Made by a program: the position numbers and the translations under genes. Positions 27,595 to 38,893 of a stretch of DNA of 64,000 nucleotides are shown here, in pieces. The notes beneath the pieces were generated by a model. That model searched no databases and was not told the origin of the DNA. It saw only the letters and a list, made by a program, of their open reading frames with translations. Source of the stretch: a virus; the IMG/VR virus record IMGVR_UViG_3300030104_004476, positions 2,409 to 66,408 of that record; one strand, written 5' to 3'. How positions within the stretch are numbered: position 1 is the first letter of the stretch; every line of letters begins with the position of its first letter.

Positions 27595-28263
27595 TTAATC
27601 CGAACCTGTTGAGGTACTTGGACCAAAGTCCATGTTTGATATAGCCGCAGAACCAATTTGTCCAACAGCACCAATTATTCCAGCGGTAGCACTTTGTCTA
27701 TTTTGAGCTTGTTGTGCCCCTTGCGCTTGTATTGCTGCAACTTCTTCCATGCTCATACCAAGCATTGTTTGCATCCTGTTTAATTCAAACTGTTGCTTTG
27801 CTCTTTGACCTTCTGCTTCAGCTTGAGCTTGTGCCATTTGTATATTTTGTTCTTGCCTCCCTATGTCAGCAGAAATTTGTCTTTGTGCTTTTGCCGCTTG
27901 TCTAGCTAAACCAGTTGCTAAAGCAGCTGCACCAGCTCCGCTAGTACCACCTCTTAAACTTTCTAATATATTCGCTTGGTTTTGAGCAAGTTCTTGCTGT
28001 TGTATTTGAGCAGCTTGTAAGTTTACTGTAGCATCTTCGTATGGATTTGTATATTGAAAATCATAATCTTGATACTGCTGCATTAATTCGTCTCTTCTTT
28101 CTAAAGCTGGAGCTAGTTGCGCGTCTAGTCTTTCCTGAGCTTTTCTAGCTGCCCTTCTATTAAGCGCGCCACCAGCTAAACTTCCAACAGCTCCGATTAT
28201 TGCAGCGCCAACTATTGGAGCAATTTTATAAGGTGAGTTTTTTGTTAATGTTCCTTTTGCCAT
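27595..28263 (-). CDS. Probable ejection/pilot protein
   Basis: Gly/Ala-rich hydrophobic ends (IVGAAIIGAVGSLAGG) and Gln/Ala coiled coil. Confidence 0.7.
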   Translation of the reverse strand: MAKGTLTKNSPYKIAPIVGAAIIGAVGSLAGGALNRRAARKAQERLDAQLAPALERRDELMQQYQDYDFQYTNPYEDATVNLQAAQIQQQELAQNQANILESLRGGTSGAGAAALATGLARQAAKAQRQISADIGRQEQNIQMAQAQAEAEGQRAKQQFELNRMQTMLGMSMEEVAAIQAQGAQQAQNRQSATAGIIGAVGQIGSAAISNMDFGPSTSTGSD

Positions 28264-28286
28264 ATTATTGAATTATATCATTAATA

Positions 28287-28311
28287 ATTACACTTATAAC
28301 TGTTTATTTAC
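28287..28311 (-). promoter_or_regulatory. Class-2 promoter-like motif heading ejection-protein genes
   Basis: GTAAA-taaacagttataag-TGTAAT on minus strand. Confidence 0.6.
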
Positions 28312-28705
28312 TACTTTCTGCAACTTCCATACCTACACTATACAACTCAGCAGCGTCCGTAGAATCATTAACAAATTTTACTTGCGCATAATAACCTAAA
28401 ACTGCAGACATGTTATGTTCATTGTTTTTAGTAAAGAACACGTAATCATTTTGTGTAGGCATTGCAAAGTTATATGTTGTATCACCTATTACATTATTAA
28501 CAACTATAGCGTACGTTGTTGCTGAGATGTTTACAAAAGATTCTATAAGACCCATGAATATAACATTGTCTAAACTAGAGTTTGTACCACCACTTTCTCC
28601 AGAAGCGCCAGATAAGTCACCACTATCTATATAGTATATACTATCACCAACTGATGCTCCAGTTAGTTGTGGATCTGTATTAAAAGGTATAGTTATTAAA
28701 GCCAT
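28304..28705 (-). CDS. Tail protein resembling the C-terminal piece of a tail stabilisation (nozzle) protein
   Basis: GYYAQVKFVND....ELYSVGMEVAESSK ending. Confidence 0.6.
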   Translation of the reverse strand: MALITIPFNTDPQLTGASVGDSIYYIDSGDLSGASGESGGTNSSLDNVIFMGLIESFVNISATTYAIVVNNVIGDTTYNFAMPTQNDYVFFTKNNEHNMSAVLGYYAQVKFVNDSTDAAELYSVGMEVAESSK

Positions 28706-28725
28706 ATTTTATTTATTAATTAAAT

Positions 28726-31700
28726 TTAAACATCAAATCTTAGATTAAAACTAACAAATGTTGTTCCATTTTGATGAGTAACATCAAATGAAATTATTCT
28801 ACTACCAGGGTCTTGTGAAAGATGATTAAAACTTAAGCTAACAGTAGCTGTTCCACCGCTAACTGATATACTATTAGAAGCTAACCAGTCTGGATTTCCT
28901 AGAGACCAATTGAAACCTCCATCCGCAGTATCTACGTTCGCAACGTCAACAAGGGTTGGAGCGGTGTTACCATTGTAAGTAAAGTTTAAGTCTATAGCCA
29001 TAAATTGATCATTGAGCTCTTGTGCTGAACTTTCTGATGCTTGAAGACTATAAAATGCCATACCACTAGTACTAGAAATACCTTGATTTATAATAGCCAT
29101 GTTTGTATTTCCATCCCAGATTAAAGTAGGTACTGTTGCTTCTTGTATAATAGTAATTAAATCATTTTGATTAGTCGCACTGTTTGGTAATCCTAATTCA
29201 TTCAAAGTATCACCACTTACTCCACCGTTCCATATAGCTAATTTTGCTTCTCTATTACTACCGGTAAAGTTAGGTTCTAATACAAGTTTTATATGATGCT
29301 GTTTACCAACAGTGTTGCCATCAAAAACTATCTCCGATCCCGCAGCTACACTATCAACGGTTAAGAAATTATTAGAATCACTAATAGTGGGTTCAAACAA
29401 TGTATACACTCCATCTATTACTTGAGCAAGACCTTCTTTGTATATTTTTACAGTAGGTGTTGCTGTACCATTAGCTCTACAACCTACTTGAACATTACTT
29501 AAATCATCAGATTCATCAACAGTTTTAGAAACTTGACCTGGACTAAAACCAGCAAACACTTTAGCTTTTTGTTTTATCGTAATTATATCATCAGCGGTGC
29601 TAGTTGACGAATCATTATTTAATGGATGAAAACCTTTTATTTTAAAATATCTATCAATAGGAAATTCTTTTTGCCAAGACTCATCTTGACCTAAAACAGC
29701 AAAGTTTTCACTTATATTAAAGCGTATTTCATGATTTACGTCTTGGACTAAAGATTCAACACCGGCAGCGTTGGTTTGAGTAAGGCTAGATAAATAAACA
29801 GCATTTAGATTTGAAATCCAAGACGAGTCTACTTCTCCCAATTGTTCACTACTACCACCTATCAATTGAACAGTAAAGTCTAACTCTGGGTTATTAAACC
29901 ATGTTATTGGATAATCATAATCATAAACACTAGCTGTTAAACCTGCACTAGAATTACTTTCCCAATAAGTACCAGTTGTTCCAACAGAATTACCATATAA
30001 CTCTACTAGCTGAGAAGTATCACTAACCTCTAGTTCTCCAATAGTGTTATTAACAGTACTATTAGTAAAAGTTGCTGTACCGTTAGCTAAATCACCTGAG
30101 ATAAGTCTAAAGTCAAACGTGTGAACTGTAACGTCATATCCAGCAACTTGAACTACTTTAAAAGTATCACTTACCGCATTGTTTGTGGGATGTATAACTG
30201 TAATTGTTGCTGATCTTTCAGAACCAGTGTTATTTTGAGTCACGGTAAAGTTATTTAAGGCTTCATATTGACTTGAAAAAGTAGCATCATAGTCAACTGA
30301 AGTTGCAGAAAAATTAATCCAATCTGGAGTAGCTGCTGTTGCATCGTCAACAAGTACTAAAGAGTATCCATCACTGCTATCAAAATCTTCAGGACTAGCA
30401 TACGTTAATATTGTTTGTATAGAAAACGTATTACTAAAATCATATGCTAACTTATAAGTTGTGCCATTGTTTGTCGTAGTTCCTAAAAAACCTACATCAG
30501 TCCAAGGTTGCAAGTTACCAGCAGTGGTAAGAAAACCAACGTCAAAAAATTGTTCAGCCCAACCGTTATCAGTAACTTCTTGATCATAATTAATATTGGT
30601 AACTGTAAAAGATCCATATAAATTAACACTATCACCAAGTTCTTGATAAATAGTAATAGAATCATTAGGTACACCACTTGTATTGGTGTCTGAAGTTATA
30701 CTTAACGTTGCTTCAAGCTGTATGCCAAATATGTTAGCATCAGCAGAAATAGCCACAGCGCTACCATTAAGCCAAGTTACGTCATTTATAGTAAGCCATT
30801 GTGGAGAGTTTGCAGGGAATGTTACAGCTGCTGTAAAAGGACCTAGATTATTTGTAACAGGCAAACTTACACCACCACCATTAGGTTCCATGTGGTAATA
30901 ACCAGTGTAAAACTCACATACACCTATTTGAGAGTCTGTAAATATATCTATGTAGTTGTTGTCATCAATAAAACCGTCGATATTAGGAATATAATCTATA
31001 ACAACTCTTCTACCAATTGTACCATCATCACCTTCATATGAAATACTATATTGCGACAACTCTGATGCTGGAACATCGAGGTTTATTGATGGATTAGTTC
31101 CAATTGGAAAGAAAACATCTCCATTAGCAGTAAACGTAAAATCTACAAGAGAAGTAGATATACTAGGAACAATAACAGCTGAAACATTTAAAATTAAATG
31201 GTTTATAGTAGCAGCATCACTCATTGTTGCGTTACCTAGTCCAATATAAGAACCAGGGTTATCAGCAAACTGTAAAAAACCATCTCCACTAAATGGATTA
31301 AAGTTGCCTATAATCCCAACGCTTCCACTCCAAAGTACACCTGACTGAACAGCTACAGGATCTAAGCTTAAAGCAAATGTTGTAGTAACTCCAGATGATA
31401 TTGTTAAAGCAGAAGAATCAAAATTAATAGTTCCTGTAACTGTATTAGAACTACCGTAAGCTGTACCAGTATCTGCAAAAGTAATACTAGTTATGTAGTC
31501 GGTTAAAACTAAAGCTAACGCAGAAAACTGTTCTGCTGCTATAGTATTACCACTTGCTGGCGTTATAGTAAATGTACCAGTGCTAGGTAGTGCAGAAATA
31601 TTGTAAGAAGAAAATCCAGTTGAAGACCAATTTGTACCACCAGTTACTGTTATAATAATGTTACCACCTAAAACAGGTGTTGTACCAGAAACAGAAGGTG

Positions 31701-31908
31701 TTCCAGAAATAGTACCTATACCTTGAACAGAAAACTCTTCAAAATCTACATTACCACTAGCAGAGCCAGCATCAGCTGCGTTTGTAAAAGTCGTAGCTTC
31801 TCCTTTTAAGTAATTAAACCACTTACCTTCTTTTTTAACAAACTCATCAACCTTGCCTGACTGTAAGTCGGTAATAATCTTTTCTACATACCATCCGTTA
31901 GTTGCCAT
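28726..31908 (-). CDS. Tail-associated protein with BACON/Ig-like repeats
   Basis: Ser/Thr-rich; repeated W(L/I)...N.TGS.R.A.(I/L) pattern; N-terminal TDLQSG...F.KKEGKWFNY. Confidence 0.65.
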   Translation of the reverse strand: MATNGWYVEKIITDLQSGKVDEFVKKEGKWFNYLKGEATTFTNAADAGSASGNVDFEEFSVQGIGTISGTPSVSGTTPVLGGNIIITVTGGTNWSSTGFSSYNISALPSTGTFTITPASGNTIAAEQFSALALVLTDYITSITFADTGTAYGSSNTVTGTINFDSSALTISSGVTTTFALSLDPVAVQSGVLWSGSVGIIGNFNPFSGDGFLQFADNPGSYIGLGNATMSDAATINHLILNVSAVIVPSISTSLVDFTFTANGDVFFPIGTNPSINLDVPASELSQYSISYEGDDGTIGRRVVIDYIPNIDGFIDDNNYIDIFTDSQIGVCEFYTGYYHMEPNGGGVSLPVTNNLGPFTAAVTFPANSPQWLTINDVTWLNGSAVAISADANIFGIQLEATLSITSDTNTSGVPNDSITIYQELGDSVNLYGSFTVTNINYDQEVTDNGWAEQFFDVGFLTTAGNLQPWTDVGFLGTTTNNGTTYKLAYDFSNTFSIQTILTYASPEDFDSSDGYSLVLVDDATAATPDWINFSATSVDYDATFSSQYEALNNFTVTQNNTGSERSATITVIHPTNNAVSDTFKVVQVAGYDVTVHTFDFRLISGDLANGTATFTNSTVNNTIGELEVSDTSQLVELYGNSVGTTGTYWESNSSAGLTASVYDYDYPITWFNNPELDFTVQLIGGSSEQLGEVDSSWISNLNAVYLSSLTQTNAAGVESLVQDVNHEIRFNISENFAVLGQDESWQKEFPIDRYFKIKGFHPLNNDSSTSTADDIITIKQKAKVFAGFSPGQVSKTVDESDDLSNVQVGCRANGTATPTVKIYKEGLAQVIDGVYTLFEPTISDSNNFLTVDSVAAGSEIVFDGNTVGKQHHIKLVLEPNFTGSNREAKLAIWNGGVSGDTLNELGLPNSATNQNDLITIIQEATVPTLIWDGNTNMAIINQGISSTSGMAFYSLQASESSAQELNDQFMAIDLNFTYNGNTAPTLVDVANVDTADGGFNWSLGNPDWLASNSISVSGGTATVSLSFNHLSQDPGSRIISFDVTHQNGTTFVSFNLRFDV

Positions 31909-31909
31909 A

Positions 31910-34900
31910 TTATAATTCTTTTGATTGAGTTCCTTCGTAATTAACCGTCTTAAATAGTTTTACAGATCCAGACGCTTCATTAAACAATGCTGTTAGTGTA
32001 GAAGTGTTTTGTGTACCGTAAAAGTTACACCTATCTTCACTTAAAGAGTTTGGATGATGTAACCACATTTTCCCAGATTTAAAAGTATAATAAGAATTAC
32101 TTAAAGATTCACCACTTTCAGGTGTAAATGATTTAAAACTTGTCCAACCTTTAGAATCTTCACTAAAGCTCAATGTGTATACATTTTTAGTATTACCAGA
32201 AGACACTACTGAGTGTATAGTTATGTTATATTCGTTTTTCTTTCCATCATAACTACCTATTAATGCTTGGCCGTTTATTAAATTATCATTAAACCAATCT
32301 GTCATACCAGCGTTTGATATAGCTGTTATTCCATCTCTTGACAATCTACATACTGCACCTCTATCTCTATCTGTAAAATATATTCTATATTCTTCTACAG
32401 CAAAAGATTCTGGATTTTTAGATATACCATAATCACCGACAAATGGTATAGCTTGACCAAGTACAGCTGTAGATGATAATAATTGCTGATTACCATCAGC
32501 GTTAAATAAAGCATCTTTGTTAGCTAATATTTTTATTACTTTACTTTCACAAAAAGCAATAACATCTCCTTGTCTAGTATATAGTTTTTGTATACTACCG
32601 TATTCAGAGTTTAATTTTTTAGTTATATCTTCAGCTAATAAAAACTCATTATATCTTGATACATTAGATTCTTCATTATATATTTGAGAGAATATTATAT
32701 CGTTTTGTTTGGTAACTTCAGCATAATCAGCATCAGCTAAAGAAGCTTTAAAACCACTTTGTTTACCAACTGATGAGTATGGATATAAAACACCAGCATT
32801 AAAATCATCTCTAATTCTATCAGATTCTACACCATTACCAAAAGCATAACAATTAAACCAAGGTAAACGTATATCTAAATCTGCAAGTGAAAGAGGTGAA
32901 TATGTAACTGGATGAGTAAATGGATATATTTCTAACGTTGAAGTTCCAGCAACATGAGTTGATGTTACATAAGCACTTACATAAGAACTTCTAGTAGTAA
33001 AAATACCATCTCCAGTATAAAAATAAACTTTAAGTGGGTTATTGTTGCTAGCGGTAATATAACTTGGAAGAGGTTCGCTTAATGAGATTTTACAATAACC
33101 ATCTTTAGATTCTGCTCCAAATACGTTTAAAACACTTGGCTTGTAATTTTGCCAATCTTCTTGAGCAGCATTAGAAATATTAGGAAATCCGTTTAACGTA
33201 AGATCAGCTATTTCTTGCCCAGGACCTTTTAAATTAAGTTTATTACCTTTTTTGATATACATCTTAGCATCCTTCTCGTTTAAGTATATAGGATAAGCTT
33301 GACTTATTTCGTAAAATAAATCTAAATCAATTCTTCTAGGTGTTTCTACTTCAAACACTGCACCATTACCAACCTTTTCTGTTGAGTTTAAACCTTGATC
33401 AGCATCTCCTGTTTCTTCCAAATACTGTGCTACCTCTGTGTCTGCCATTATTTTTACGAAGAACTTTCCATCAATTTCTTCTGCTGTTGCAGGTATTGTT
33501 AAAGCACCAAGAGAGAAAGCGGTTTCATCAATGTCTTCAGTTTCAGGATCGTCCTGTGTTTTTCTTGGAGTATCCACTATGTCTAAAATCCTCCAACTAG
33601 CGTTAGCATCGGTTACAGCATTGTTTGTGCCATGTTCCTTTTTAAGTACTAACGCATCTTCTAGTTTTACTTTATTTCTTTCATTTGAACTAAAAGCTAA
33701 CCAAACAAACTGAGATAATGATTCGTTATCTTGATCTACTGGATATGCTTTATATAAAGGTATATTATAGTATTCTTTCGCAATTTCTTTTATAAATACC
33801 TTATAATACTTAGCCCAATAAGGAGCATTGTTTTTTATGCTTAATCTAACTCTATTAACTCTATCGCATTTATCTTTAGGTAAACCTTGTATTTGAGATT
33901 CATCTATTAAAACTGTAGATTCTCTACCATAATCATCTAAGTATACAATACCTGTTTGATAAGTTCTGCTAGACTTTACAGACTCGTAAGCTTGTTGGGC
34001 AACAACTTCTATTTCGGTAGATGGAGCAGATGTTATTTGAAGAGATGCATTTCTGGACTGAAAACCAAAGTTAGCATCACTTGGACACGATCCGTTAAAA
34101 AGATCATCAGTAATGTCTACACCACCTGACTGCTGAATGTTGTTCACTGGATCGAAAGAGTCTTGTGTGCTTACATATGAATAAGGATAAGGTATACAAA
34201 AACAAATTATTTCTCCAGCTGCAAGTTGTACCGTTGTTTCTGGTAAGTTTAAAGTAACTCCACCTACAAAACTAGCTCCACCAGTGTCTGATAACGTTAG
34301 AAGTTGTGGATCATTTTCATCAGCTATACTCGTTGTTGTATGAGAAAAAGCTCTACCACCATAATTAAGAGCTTTTGGTCTAGTTAACGTACCTCTAGCT
34401 AAAATAACATTTGAGTTAAGCTGATTTTTTACTTGATACCTAGGTCTGTATGTTGGACTAAGAATATCACTACCTCCCGTGACATCGTTTCCAGCCTGCT
34501 CAAAATCATTAGCAGTTAAGTTTGGTACTCCATTCGTGTCACACTTTGCGATACATAAAGCGATATTAAACAATTCACTTGTATAACTATAATCGCCTAA
34601 CGTGCCTGATGACACAGTGCTTTCTGAATACATTATATCGTTATACCCTACTTCAATAGTACCTTTAAAAGTGTAACTACCAGCGTGTGGCGCTGTGTAA
34701 AAAGGTCCTTTTGGTTGATTTATATCATTATCTATAAAATGGCCTTGCGTATTATCATAGTTTGAACCTGGATCTCCAGAAGGTCCTTCAATATATGCGT
34801 TTATACCACAATTTACTATTGGCACTGATTTATCTGTTATAGATCCTCCATGAACGACATCTATATTATCATCTGTTGAAGCGAATGAGGAGTCAATTTT

Positions 34901-37228
34901 AGTTATTCTACCATGTTGTACTTGGTTACTAGGAGAAGGAAAAGTCCACTTGTAATCTGAGTTCCACTGTTCACCAAGTAAGAAACCAGGTGGAATTGGA
35001 TAAGTTGTGTAAGGATATGTAAATTCAATGTTTGGAGCCCAACCAACATCTATTATATTAGCTGAAAAAATTGTAGTTTTAAAATCATCAGGATAAACTG
35101 TTGTATCAAAAAATTGTTTAATAGAAGGTGTTATCTCTTGTAAATTACCGTCTAATAAATTATACCCTTCTGTATAGTTGCCAAATAGTAATCTAGAAGA
35201 AGAAAACTCTTGAGATACAGCTTTTTTAGGTACTCCATCAAAAATCCTTGTTAATTGAGATGATGGTAGTGTTGATCCAAATATTTCAGAATCTATAACT
35301 ATAAAGCCATCATATGTTGTTCCGTTAGCTTGGTAAAACGAAGATCCTCTTTTTATATTTTTAACAATGTAAACATTATCTGAATTACTTTCTTTAAATA
35401 ATATTTCAACCTCTTTTACATCTCTTGGTATGTTTGTTGGAACAAAGTCAGATATTTCTACGCTTTTTAACTTGTTAACCATACCGTTGTTAAAACCAGA
35501 GACACTATTATAAGCATATATACCAGGTTGAAATACAGCTCTTGAATATGGTGATATACAAGAGTGTTCATTGTTAGCGTATTTGTATCTATACGCAAAG
35601 TATAAAAATCTTTCTGGATATATTGCGTCTTTTTCTCTCAAAGACGCTATCCAAGTTTCATCACCAAATGGAACTATCTGGTTAAAACTTCCAGTTCCAA
35701 CTCCATCATCATCAAGCACTTCTTCGTCAACAAAATACGTTGAGGGCACGTCAAGTAGTTCTATTTTAAATACGCTAAAATCATCACTATTAGCACTTAA
35801 TATTGTATTAAATGTTTCTATAATTTGGCAAGTTACTACAGCACCACTTTCAGCACCTGTAAGCTCTAACACATCACCTTCACGCCAATTAACCCTATGT
35901 ACGCTAGATTCTATAAAAAAAGAAGTACCTGGCGACATTAATTGATTTAAAACACCTTCACTTTCATCAACAAAAGAAAAAGGAAGTCCCATCTCATCAC
36001 CTACCGCTGCACTTGATCCTTCAAGATCATTTATTTTTAAAACAGGGGAGATTACACTATCAACATAAGTTATATACGATGGTATTTCAGCACCAAACAT
36101 TGCTCCAAAACCTTGAGATATTGGTACTGGTTTACGTTTTGTAAAAATTGGATTTATTACTGGTGGCTCAAGAGGATTAGGTCTTATAACCGTTATATGT
36201 TTTTCTTCTAATAGACCAGCAACTTCAGTTCCGTCTTTTAACGTATATCTAATAAACGAGTGTCTATGTATAGAAGTTGTAGAAGGCAATTGAGATTGCT
36301 TATCTTTAAAGTGTTCAATTACTATTCTCTTTGGTTCTGTTCTACCGTCTGTAAAAAATAAAATATCATCTTCAAAGTTTATACCAGTAATAGTTGTATG
36401 AGAAGGTGTATTACTAGAAGGAGTTCCAGTTACGTTAGATTCTGATTCAGTGCTACCAAGTTTAAAATTTAATATTCTATCACTTGTAAATTTAAAAACA
36501 AAACCTGAGTCTTTTAATTCTTGATTGTAAAAAATATCCCCTGTTGGGATAGTGGTTGTAACTACCACATCAGCATTTGAATCAAGTGTAGAACTAACAC
36601 CGTTTACTCTAATGTCTTGGCCTGCGTATATATCAAAACCATCTGGTCCAACTAATTGAACACGCATTCCTTTTCTAATGCCTTTTGGTACGTATAAATT
36701 AACACTATCATTATTAAACGCTGTTGCAGCTATTGTATCTTTATCTACGTTTGTAATAATGCCATCTTGACTATCTTGTATGTCCGCTTCACTACGAACT
36801 TCAAAAACATCAACAACTAGTGGATATGTATCTCCAGTTTCTGATACTTGAGAAGGTTTCCACTCTGATATAACATCTGATATTACACCGGTATATCTAA
36901 CACCTGTAGCGTAGCTACCATCTACAGCTAAGTCACTAGCTTTATGTATAAAGTTGAAAATAGTTTTAGAAGCTTCATCTGCATGAGATCCTACTGTAAT
37001 AGCATTATTGCTAATACTAGTACCCATGAAAGTAACTCCGGCTTGACCTGCATGAGCTTGGGTTACTTGAGCGTTACCCTTTATATTTTGAACAGTTCCA
37101 ACCTCTTCGTTTTCAGACGTAGATACTTCAATGTTTAAAGCGTCTCGATACTCACCATTAGGTACCAGACGCTCATCGAAGTCCTTGTTCATTCGACCTC
37201 GTATAAAATTGTGCTTTAATTCTGGCAT
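31910..37228 (-). CDS. Tail stabilisation / nozzle protein
   Basis: F..GRMNKD.DERL.PNGEYRDALNI start; FGNGVESDRIRDDFN; YGISKNPESFA. Confidence 0.8.
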   Translation of the reverse strand: MPELKHNFIRGRMNKDFDERLVPNGEYRDALNIEVSTSENEEVGTVQNIKGNAQVTQAHAGQAGVTFMGTSISNNAITVGSHADEASKTIFNFIHKASDLAVDGSYATGVRYTGVISDVISEWKPSQVSETGDTYPLVVDVFEVRSEADIQDSQDGIITNVDKDTIAATAFNNDSVNLYVPKGIRKGMRVQLVGPDGFDIYAGQDIRVNGVSSTLDSNADVVVTTTIPTGDIFYNQELKDSGFVFKFTSDRILNFKLGSTESESNVTGTPSSNTPSHTTITGINFEDDILFFTDGRTEPKRIVIEHFKDKQSQLPSTTSIHRHSFIRYTLKDGTEVAGLLEEKHITVIRPNPLEPPVINPIFTKRKPVPISQGFGAMFGAEIPSYITYVDSVISPVLKINDLEGSSAAVGDEMGLPFSFVDESEGVLNQLMSPGTSFFIESSVHRVNWREGDVLELTGAESGAVVTCQIIETFNTILSANSDDFSVFKIELLDVPSTYFVDEEVLDDDGVGTGSFNQIVPFGDETWIASLREKDAIYPERFLYFAYRYKYANNEHSCISPYSRAVFQPGIYAYNSVSGFNNGMVNKLKSVEISDFVPTNIPRDVKEVEILFKESNSDNVYIVKNIKRGSSFYQANGTTYDGFIVIDSEIFGSTLPSSQLTRIFDGVPKKAVSQEFSSSRLLFGNYTEGYNLLDGNLQEITPSIKQFFDTTVYPDDFKTTIFSANIIDVGWAPNIEFTYPYTTYPIPPGFLLGEQWNSDYKWTFPSPSNQVQHGRITKIDSSFASTDDNIDVVHGGSITDKSVPIVNCGINAYIEGPSGDPGSNYDNTQGHFIDNDINQPKGPFYTAPHAGSYTFKGTIEVGYNDIMYSESTVSSGTLGDYSYTSELFNIALCIAKCDTNGVPNLTANDFEQAGNDVTGGSDILSPTYRPRYQVKNQLNSNVILARGTLTRPKALNYGGRAFSHTTTSIADENDPQLLTLSDTGGASFVGGVTLNLPETTVQLAAGEIICFCIPYPYSYVSTQDSFDPVNNIQQSGGVDITDDLFNGSCPSDANFGFQSRNASLQITSAPSTEIEVVAQQAYESVKSSRTYQTGIVYLDDYGRESTVLIDESQIQGLPKDKCDRVNRVRLSIKNNAPYWAKYYKVFIKEIAKEYYNIPLYKAYPVDQDNESLSQFVWLAFSSNERNKVKLEDALVLKKEHGTNNAVTDANASWRILDIVDTPRKTQDDPETEDIDETAFSLGALTIPATAEEIDGKFFVKIMADTEVAQYLEETGDADQGLNSTEKVGNGAVFEVETPRRIDLDLFYEISQAYPIYLNEKDAKMYIKKGNKLNLKGPGQEIADLTLNGFPNISNAAQEDWQNYKPSVLNVFGAESKDGYCKISLSEPLPSYITASNNNPLKVYFYTGDGIFTTRSSYVSAYVTSTHVAGTSTLEIYPFTHPVTYSPLSLADLDIRLPWFNCYAFGNGVESDRIRDDFNAGVLYPYSSVGKQSGFKASLADADYAEVTKQNDIIFSQIYNEESNVSRYNEFLLAEDITKKLNSEYGSIQKLYTRQGDVIAFCESKVIKILANKDALFNADGNQQLLSSTAVLGQAIPFVGDYGISKNPESFAVEEYRIYFTDRDRGAVCRLSRDGITAISNAGMTDWFNDNLINGQALIGSYDGKKNEYNITIHSVVSSGNTKNVYTLSFSEDSKGWTSFKSFTPESGESLSNSYYTFKSGKMWLHHPNSLSEDRCNFYGTQNTSTLTALFNEASGSVKLFKTVNYEGTQSKEL

Positions 37229-37230
37229 AT

Positions 37231-38109
37231 TTAGTGCTTAATATGTTTAGACTTACCTCTTAAAATTTGAGTAATTTCTTCTAATTTAATATTTGATAAC
37301 CTTAATTTAGCTTGTCGTTTAGCAGCAAAAGCCTCTCTACGTAATCGTAAAACTATACTCTGAGGCATATTAGCTCTAGTAGAAACAATCGCATAAGCAA
37401 TATGTTTGTACATAGCTTCTTCAGCGAACTTATGAACTTGCATTTCTGCATCTGTTCCAAGGCTATCACTTATGTATTTAAGTATTACAGTTTTTCCAGA
37501 AATATTAGAACTAAAGTGAATGAATCCTCTTAGTTCATCAATATAAAAAGATCCGTTAACTTGAGCGTGTTGTGGATCTAATCCATATCTCTCTCCAACT
37601 AATAAATCATAATCATCATCATCATAACTGTCTTGATTTTCAGAAGGAGTAGCGCTTTCGTAGTTTGTTGATGTATCAGACTCTGTTGTTAACACTAACT
37701 CATTGTTAGTAAATGTATAATAAGGAGAAGCACCATCCGTTGTTTGTGCTAAATTAGATGGATTGCTAGTTTTAGATGTAGGATAAATAATGTGCTCAAT
37801 ACCAGAACTATCTGACCACGTTAATTTAACATAGTTAACATAATCTTGTGGTAAAGGCATAGCTAACGTGCTAGGAACTTCTATCTCATAAGCTTTAGTA
37901 GACTTAAATGTGTCAAAGCTTAATTCTTGCAAAGCTCTTTGCGCATGAAACGCTACGTCTGCTCTTTTTATTTTAGATATAATCTTATCTTCTCCTACGT
38001 AGGCTAGTACAAATTGATTTATAACGTGTTCTAAAGAAGTAAATTGATAACCTCCTAAATTGCTACCAGCGTAATACGCCGCCCCTGTTACGTTGTCTAA
38101 TAATCCCAT
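37231..38109 (-). CDS. Tail tubular/ring structural protein
   Basis: LPQDYVNYVKL motif; position between head and nozzle genes. Confidence 0.7.
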   Translation of the reverse strand: MGLLDNVTGAAYYAGSNLGGYQFTSLEHVINQFVLAYVGEDKIISKIKRADVAFHAQRALQELSFDTFKSTKAYEIEVPSTLAMPLPQDYVNYVKLTWSDSSGIEHIIYPTSKTSNPSNLAQTTDGASPYYTFTNNELVLTTESDTSTNYESATPSENQDSYDDDDYDLLVGERYGLDPQHAQVNGSFYIDELRGFIHFSSNISGKTVILKYISDSLGTDAEMQVHKFAEEAMYKHIAYAIVSTRANMPQSIVLRLRREAFAAKRQAKLRLSNIKLEEITQILRGKSKHIKH

Positions 38110-38113
38110 TTAG

Positions 38114-38833
38114 TTATATTTTTTCTTGTTGAATGTCATTCGCTTCTTCTCGTTGAATTGCTTGAGCTAAGGTAAAATCTTTCATCATGATTCCAGCTAA
38201 TACCAATATTCTATTAACCAAGTTAACCTCTTCTGATTCGTGTAACTCAAAGTTTGTAGATGTTCCTGAGTTGTATATAGATACACCACTAGTTATAATA
38301 TATCCCCAAGCCGCAAGTGCAGGTTTAGCTATATAGTGACAGTTTATTGTTGAGGTGGAATATGCTGGAGAACCAGAACTCGGATATAGTTGTATTTTAG
38401 AATCTTCTCTATTTACGTAAACCGGTCTAGAAGCGCTAGGAGCATAAAGCGCTGATTGAACCATAAGTTCAACCTCTTTGTTAGTTACTTTTTCTACTCT
38501 AATACTATTAGTTCCATTGTTATAAAAAACAGTACCCAATCTATATACATCTGTAGGTAGGGTAGCTGTCGCTCCTGATACCGCACTCATATCAGTATGG
38601 TCTTTTTCAAAGAATGAAATTTTTTCTTCTAATATATTTAGCATATCAGAATACTCAGTATCATTACCGTGTGATCTGCCAAATTGATTTATATCGTAGA
38701 AGTATTGCTCAAATATATCCATCTGAGCTTGATTGGCAAGTATATTAAACTCTTGCGGAGTAATATAACCTCTTTGTTCTTTATTAGCTATTGTTAATAC
38801 TCTTTGGTAAACTGTGTTTATATTTACTGCCAT
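38114..38833 (-). CDS. Tail adaptor/ring structural protein
   Basis: NKEQRGYITPQEFN..A.QAQ..IF; LPTDVYRL. Confidence 0.7.
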   Translation of the reverse strand: MAVNINTVYQRVLTIANKEQRGYITPQEFNILANQAQMDIFEQYFYDINQFGRSHGNDTEYSDMLNILEEKISFFEKDHTDMSAVSGATATLPTDVYRLGTVFYNNGTNSIRVEKVTNKEVELMVQSALYAPSASRPVYVNREDSKIQLYPSSGSPAYSTSTINCHYIAKPALAAWGYIITSGVSIYNSGTSTNFELHESEEVNLVNRILVLAGIMMKDFTLAQAIQREEANDIQQEKI

Positions 38834-38893
38834 TTATTTTATTTTTTATAGTTAAGCAACCACCCCAAAGAGTGGCTGCTCTACTATAGGTGA

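Noticed and set aside
38855-38880. Hairpin AGCAACCAC...GTGGCTGCT as a terminator
   Set aside because: Imperfect stem with no adjacent T-tract on the coding strand; at most a processing or stability hairpin
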